Of a DNA stretch of 64,000 nt, positions 59,379 through 64,000 are shown piece after piece. The position numbers and the translations under genes were made by a program. Every line of letters starts with the position of its first letter. Position 1 is the stretch's first letter. Source of the DNA: Candidatus Dormiibacterota bacterium (GTDB lineage Bacteria; Chloroflexota; Dormibacteria; Aeolococcales; Bog-877). The stretch lies in the NCBI GenBank assembly GCA_963701235.1, contig OY969577.1, positions 2,217,951 through 2,281,950 of the forward strand, read 5' to 3'. The notes beneath the pieces were generated by a model. It was not told the origin of the DNA and did not search any database. It was given only the letters and a program-made list of their open reading frames with translations.

Positions 59379-59620
59379 CTGGCTTGCGGCCAAGTGTGTC
59401 GCACTGCGTCGAGGCAGCACGTGCTCGCAGAGGGAGGCGCCCCATTAGCTCCGCGCAGGATCGGTCAGACGGTGTTTGATTGCTCGTAGACCGACAGGTT
59501 TGTCCTCGATCGCCACGAGAGGCTGGGTTCCGCGCTTTAGCGGTGCCAGCAAGCGTCTCGCCTGGTTGGCGACGACGGTATTTCTTGACCTCAATCGGCA
59601 ATGGCCGGAACTCGACGACA

Positions 59621-60388
59621 TCATTGCAGAGGGCGCTTGGCTCCGCCCAGGAAGGTGGCGACGAAGTCGGGACTGGCAATCAGATCGGCCGGCTTGCCCT
59701 CCATCTGGCACCGGCCACCGGTCATGACGTAGGTCCGATCCGAGATCGCTAACACCGCTCGCGCCCGCTGCTCCACTACCAGCACCGAGGACCCAGTTCG
59801 GCTCAGTGCGCGGATGTGCTCGTCGAGCAGCGCCTGCGCTAGGGCAGGCGCTAAGTTCGCGGTGGGCTCGTCGAGGATGAAGATCCGGGGCTGCAGCATG
59901 AGGACGCGGCCCATGGCCAGCATCTTGCGCTCGCCGCCGGAGAGCCGGCCTGCCCTCTGAGACTGCATGCGAGCCAGCTGGGGAAACACGTCGAGGACGT
60001 GGTCGATGCGATCCGGGACCTCCCGGCTCGGCAGGAGGTAGCCGCCCATCTCCAGGTTCTCACGCACTGTCAGCGGAGCGAAGACGTCGTCCACCTGGGG
60101 GACATAGCCGACCCCGGCACGGGCGGCGGCGTCCGGGGTCCATCCGGTCACCTCGGATTGGTCCAGGAATACCTTGCCGGAGAGCACCTGGATCACGCCC
60201 ACCAGCGCCTTGAGCAATGTGCTCTTCCCTGATCCGTTGGGCCCCACAACCGATACCACCTGGCCGGGGTCGACCCGAATCGAGAGCTCCTGGACGATGG
60301 GTCGACCACCGTAGCCAGCCGATAGCAATTCGGTCGCCAGCGCTGCCCCGATTGGTCGGGGCGCGCCCGGCCTGGTCTCAGCCGACAA
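59621..60388 (-). CDS. livF: branched-chain amino acid ABC transporter ATP-binding protein
   Basis: GPNGSGKSTLLKAL, LSGGERKMLAMGRVL, ILDEPTANL. Confidence 0.85.
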   Translation of the reverse strand: MSAETRPGAPRPIGAALATELLSAGYGGRPIVQELSIRVDPGQVVSVVGPNGSGKSTLLKALVGVIQVLSGKVFLDQSEVTGWTPDAAARAGVGYVPQVDDVFAPLTVRENLEMGGYLLPSREVPDRIDHVLDVFPQLARMQSQRAGRLSGGERKMLAMGRVLMLQPRIFILDEPTANLAPALAQALLDEHIRALSRTGSSVLVVEQRARAVLAISDRTYVMTGGRCQMEGKPADLIASPDFVATFLGGAKRPLQ

Positions 60389-62189
60389 GGTAGGCCTCGA
60401 CCACCTCGGCCTGGCCCCTTAGTTGGGACATCGATCCTTCGGCCAGGACCCGTCCCTCGGCCATCACGATCACCGGGTCGCAGAACTCATCCATGAATGC
60501 CAACTCGTGCTCCACCAGGAGGATGGTCATGCCCTGAGCGCAGAGGGACTGCAGGCTGAGGCCGATCTTCCGAGCCAAGGTGGGGTGAATGCCGGCCATG
60601 GGTTCGTCCAGGAGCAGCAGCCGGGGCCTGGTCATCAAGGCGCGCATGATCTCGACCAGGCGGCGCTGTCCCCCGGAGAGGTCACCTGCGTAGGTGTCGG
60701 CATGGTCGATGAGGCCGAACTGCTCCATCAGATCTTTGGCCTCAGCTATTGCCGCCAACTCAGCCTTGCCCCAATAGCCACGGCCGCGCAGGGAGCCCCA
60801 GAAGTTATCGCCCGGCTGGTCCAGTACCGCCGCGAGCAGGTTCTCGACCACGGTGAGCCGCTTGAACTCGCTTGCCAGCTGGAAGGTACGCACCAACCCG
60901 GATCGGGCCCGCAGGTAGGCAGGCCTGCCGGTCACGTCCCGCCCCTGGTACAGAATCCTGCCCTCGCTGGCCCTGACGGTGCCGGCCAGGGCGGAGAGGA
61001 GAGTCGACTTACCCGCTCCATTGGGGCCTATCAATCCCGTGAGCCGTCCCCGGGCGAGGCTGATGCTCACATCGGCGACCGCCTGCAGGCCGCCGAAATT
61101 GACCCCGACCCGCTCAGTCGAGAGAATCGGCCCTCGGTGATCGCCAGTCCTGGCCTCAGGGGACCTGTGGCCAGGACTGGAACCAACGGACGGTCGACCG
61201 CCGGTGCCTTCCAGCCCCGCCGCCTGGGCCTTGGCGTAGATTCGCCGCCGCTGCTCCGGGACGATACCCTGAGGACGGAACCAGAGGAATGCCACGATGA
61301 GCAACCCGATGGCCACCCACTGAAAGGCCGGGATCATCCCGGGGGGCCCCAGGGACGACGGGATGAACCGGGTTGCCTCCTCGAAGCCGAGTGGTACCAG
61401 CAGAGCGCCCAAGATCGCGCCCTTGTGGTTGCCCAGCCCCCCGATGATCACCGCCGCGAACAGCACGATGGTTTCGGCGTAGCCCCAGGCACCAGGGGAC
61501 CACAGGGTGATGAAGCCGACCAAGACTCCGCCCGAGAGGCCGGCGGCCATGCCGCCCAACACCAGCATGGCGGTGCGCATGGTCAGCAGATCTTTGCCAA
61601 GAGCGTTGGCGACCAGACTGTTGTCGCGCATGGCCCGAAGGCTGCGACCGTAAGGGGATTCGGTGATGCGGCGGAAGAGGAAGTAGGTGGCCACCGCGAG
61701 TAGGGCTGCCACAACGCCGTATCCCCACTCGTAGGTCTGACTCTGCGGATTGATCAGGTTATGCAGTGGCTGCGGTACCACCGAAAGCCCGGCCGCGCCG
61801 TTGAAGAGGGGTACGAAGTTGTTCACCAAGAGGTTGGCCATCACCGCAGTGACCAATAGTCCGATGGCTGCAACCTGACCGGTGAGTCGCCGACCGACCA
61901 AAAGGATGAACGGTAGTGCCACCAGTCCCCCGGCAAGCGCGGCCCCAATCCAGGGAATCGGGAATGGCAGCCCCAGCCCTCCGATGTAGGTTTGGAACCC
62001 GCCGTTGGCGCTGTCAGGCGGAAGCGCCAGTACCGCCGCCGTGTAAGCCCCGGCGGCCTGAAAGATGATGTATCCGAAATTGCTGATTCCGGACACCCCG
62101 AACTGCATCGAGAGACCAAGACAAGCGATCGCATCTACGCCGCCATAGACCAGGAGGTTGGCCAGGTAGAAGAGCGTGGACTGACTCAT
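60378..62189 (-). CDS. fused branched-chain amino acid ABC transporter permease (LivM) / ATP-binding protein (LivG)
   Basis: N-terminal 330 aa is multi-TM LivM-like; C-terminal 260 aa has GPNGAGKSTLL, LSGGQRRLVEI, LLLDEPMAGI. Confidence 0.8.
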   Translation of the reverse strand: MSQSTLFYLANLLVYGGVDAIACLGLSMQFGVSGISNFGYIIFQAAGAYTAAVLALPPDSANGGFQTYIGGLGLPFPIPWIGAALAGGLVALPFILLVGRRLTGQVAAIGLLVTAVMANLLVNNFVPLFNGAAGLSVVPQPLHNLINPQSQTYEWGYGVVAALLAVATYFLFRRITESPYGRSLRAMRDNSLVANALGKDLLTMRTAMLVLGGMAAGLSGGVLVGFITLWSPGAWGYAETIVLFAAVIIGGLGNHKGAILGALLVPLGFEEATRFIPSSLGPPGMIPAFQWVAIGLLIVAFLWFRPQGIVPEQRRRIYAKAQAAGLEGTGGRPSVGSSPGHRSPEARTGDHRGPILSTERVGVNFGGLQAVADVSISLARGRLTGLIGPNGAGKSTLLSALAGTVRASEGRILYQGRDVTGRPAYLRARSGLVRTFQLASEFKRLTVVENLLAAVLDQPGDNFWGSLRGRGYWGKAELAAIAEAKDLMEQFGLIDHADTYAGDLSGGQRRLVEIMRALMTRPRLLLLDEPMAGIHPTLARKIGLSLQSLCAQGMTILLVEHELAFMDEFCDPVIVMAEGRVLAEGSMSQLRGQAEVVEAYLVG

Positions 62190-62264
62190 AGGGCGCGCAG
62201 CTGAGCGCTCGCCGGAGATCGGCCGCCCCCGCCCCGCGCCGACACGGAACGAATGAGCACCGCG

Positions 62265-63137
62265 TCAGCCGATCGCCCCGAGGTTGAAGAGCCCCCGCGG
62301 TCGCACCGCCAGGATCACGAGGAGGATGACGAAGGCCGTCACGTACTTGTAGTCCGAGGTGATGAACACCGCACTAACCTCGGTCGCGATCCCAATGACC
62401 AGCGCCCCCAACATCGCTCCGTAGGGCTGACCAGGTCCTCCGAGAAACACGGCAGCGAGGATGAGGACCAGGAAGAGGTCAGCGCTGGTGGCCCCAAAAC
62501 TCCCTGAATTGATGGCAAAAACCGTGCCAGCGACGCCGCACAGACCGCCGGTTATGAGGCAGGCCAGGGTCACAATCCGATCGGTACGGATGCCGCAGTT
62601 CCGGGCCAGCGTACGGTCGGCTGCGGTTGCGCGCATGGCCTTGCCGAAACGGGTGTAGCGCAGTAGCAGATGAAGCCCGACCATGAATAAGACGCTGAGG
62701 CCGATGATCACCAGTTGCACCACGGTCAGAATTAGGCCACCGAAGGTAAAGGTTGCACCCTGGCTCATGGTGTAGGAGACGTTGGCGGGTCCCTCCACCG
62801 CCTGAACGGTGAATTCAATGATGAGCAGGATTCCGAGGGAGACGATGACTACGGCGGTGGGCGGGGTGCCGCGGCGTTGGAAAGGCGCGTAGATGTATTT
62901 GTTGATCACCAGTGAGATGACCGCGCCGGCAACCGCCGCCACCACCATCGCCAGCCACACCGATTGACCCGCCTGATTGATCAGGTAGGCAACGTAGGCA
63001 GACGCGACCATCACCGAGGCGTAGGCCAGATTGAGCACATTGGTGACCCCGAACTGCACGGTGAAGCCCACCGCGGAGATGGCCAGTACCGAGGCGGTGA
63101 CGATCCCGAATCCGATCGAGGCTAAGAAAAGGCTCAT
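62265..63137 (-). CDS. livH: branched-chain amino acid ABC transporter permease
   Basis: 8-TM LivH-like protein. Confidence 0.8.
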   Translation of the reverse strand: MSLFLASIGFGIVTASVLAISAVGFTVQFGVTNVLNLAYASVMVASAYVAYLINQAGQSVWLAMVVAAVAGAVISLVINKYIYAPFQRRGTPPTAVVIVSLGILLIIEFTVQAVEGPANVSYTMSQGATFTFGGLILTVVQLVIIGLSVLFMVGLHLLLRYTRFGKAMRATAADRTLARNCGIRTDRIVTLACLITGGLCGVAGTVFAINSGSFGATSADLFLVLILAAVFLGGPGQPYGAMLGALVIGIATEVSAVFITSDYKYVTAFVILLVILAVRPRGLFNLGAIG

Positions 63138-63220
63138 GAGGACAAGGGGATTCCTACCAGGCAGGGAACCGGGTGGGGCGACCTGCGTCCCACCCGGTCG
63201 GCTTCATGTTGGAGCTTGGG

Positions 63221-64000
63221 CTACTGGACCGCTCGGTAGTGGGCGGTGGTGATCCCGCCAGCCACGATGACCGCACCGCTTGTCTTGTACGCATCGATCT
63301 GGAAAATTCCCGGCGAGTCATGGAAGCTGTCAAAGCTGGTCGGACCACCGGGGCCGATGTAGCGGATGGCCTTACCCTTGGCTAGCTCAGCCTTACCCTG
63401 GGCAAAGCTGTACACCGTCACCGCCCCCTTCACCCCATCACCGATCTTGAGAATGTCGGCCTTGTAGATGCTGGGATTGGTGCTCTTGGCCATGATCATG
63501 GCCAGCGCTGCCAGGTTCATACCATCGAAGAGATGGACGGCTCCAGGCCCAGAGAGCAGGGTGGCGAGGCTGCCCGAGTCATCACTGGTGACCTCGGAAG
63601 CCACAGCGTGCATGGCGTCGTAGAACGGCGTGTATTCGGGGCCCGAGCTGGCTGTGACCAAGTTGTCCGCCACGTAGTCCTTGGCGAGCGTCGACTTTCC
63701 GATCGCCGCTCCCACCGACGAGAACCAGGAGGGGTCGATGGTGGCCGAGGTACCGATCACCGGAATCATCTTCCCGCCATTGAGCTGCTTCACCTCGGAG
63801 AGGAAGGTGGCGTCAGCCGCACCCAGTGCTTCGGTGAGGATCACATCGGGATGGCTCTGAACGACCGTCTCCGCCTCGGTGCGGAAGGTGTTGGCACTGA
63901 GGTCCAGGGTGACGTTGGCGGAGAGCTTCAGTCCGGCCTTTCTGATGGCCGCGATCGCGGGGTTGACGAAGGTCTGGGAGCCGATGTCGTTGCCAAACGC
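63221..64000 (-). CDS. branched-chain amino acid ABC transporter substrate-binding protein (LivJ/K-like), 5' end beyond window
   Basis: Periplasmic_Binding_Protein type-1 fold; reading frame stays open to the window edge. Confidence 0.7.
   Translation of the reverse strand, partial: AFGNDIGSQTFVNPAIAAIRKAGLKLSANVTLDLSANTFRTEAETVVQSHPDVILTEALGAADATFLSEVKQLNGGKMIPVIGTSATIDPSWFSSVGAAIGKSTLAKDYVADNLVTASSGPEYTPFYDAMHAVASEVTSDDSGSLATLLSGPGAVHLFDGMNLAALAMIMAKSTNPSIYKADILKIGDGVKGAVTVYSFAQGKAELAKGKAIRYIGPGGPTSFDSFHDSPGIFQIDAYKTSGAVIVAGGITTAHYRAVQ

Noticed and set aside
60423-61703. 426-aa ORF antisense to the livM-livG fusion gene
   Set aside because: Antisense GC-frame artefact. Arg/Gly/Pro/His-rich with no domain signature. 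The sense strand has unambiguous ABC motifs.

Overview
Organism and coverage: this is a high-GC (about 68-70 %) actinobacterial-type chromosomal segment, possibly from the Acidimicrobiia or another high-GC Actinomycetota lineage, and is densely coding on both strands. I support about 60 protein genes, one tRNA-Asn(GTT), and one frameshifted pseudogene. The six-frame track contains many long spurious alternate-frame and antisense ORFs that are typical of GC-rich DNA; I did not call these.

Housekeeping content: the 3' end of a principal-type sigma-70 gene; a Zn-alcohol dehydrogenase; an Rrf2 regulator; HMG-CoA lyase; a K+-independent membrane H+-pyrophosphatase; an Fur-family regulator overlapping an apbC/mrp Fe-S carrier gene; pdxH; a polar-amino-acid ABC importer; a LivJHMGF branched-chain amino acid importer in which livM and livG are fused; three DrrAB-type ABC-2 exporters; a MarR-MFS pair; and an Lhr helicase.

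Accessory or unusual content:
- A hybrid GAF sensor kinase-receiver translationally coupled to an OmpR regulator, preceded by an SD-driven 56-aa ORF and an AT-rich divergent promoter.
- An overlapping HTH(XRE)-nucleotidyltransferase two-gene module with an inverted-repeat operator abutting its start codon. This is a TA/Abi-like candidate and possibly an undescribed variant.
- A vapBC type II TA pair.
- A minus-strand run of AKR, M55 D-aminopeptidase, S53 sedolisin and a DrrAB exporter.
- A YVTN beta-propeller surface protein with a Pro/Thr linker.
- A TIGR00725/LOG-like gene broken by two opposite 1-nt homopolymer frameshifts.

Coordinate precision: coordinates come from line-based indexing plus the supplied ORF track. 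Start codons in this GC-rich DNA are uncertain by tens of nucleotides, and an off-by-one error is possible in places.
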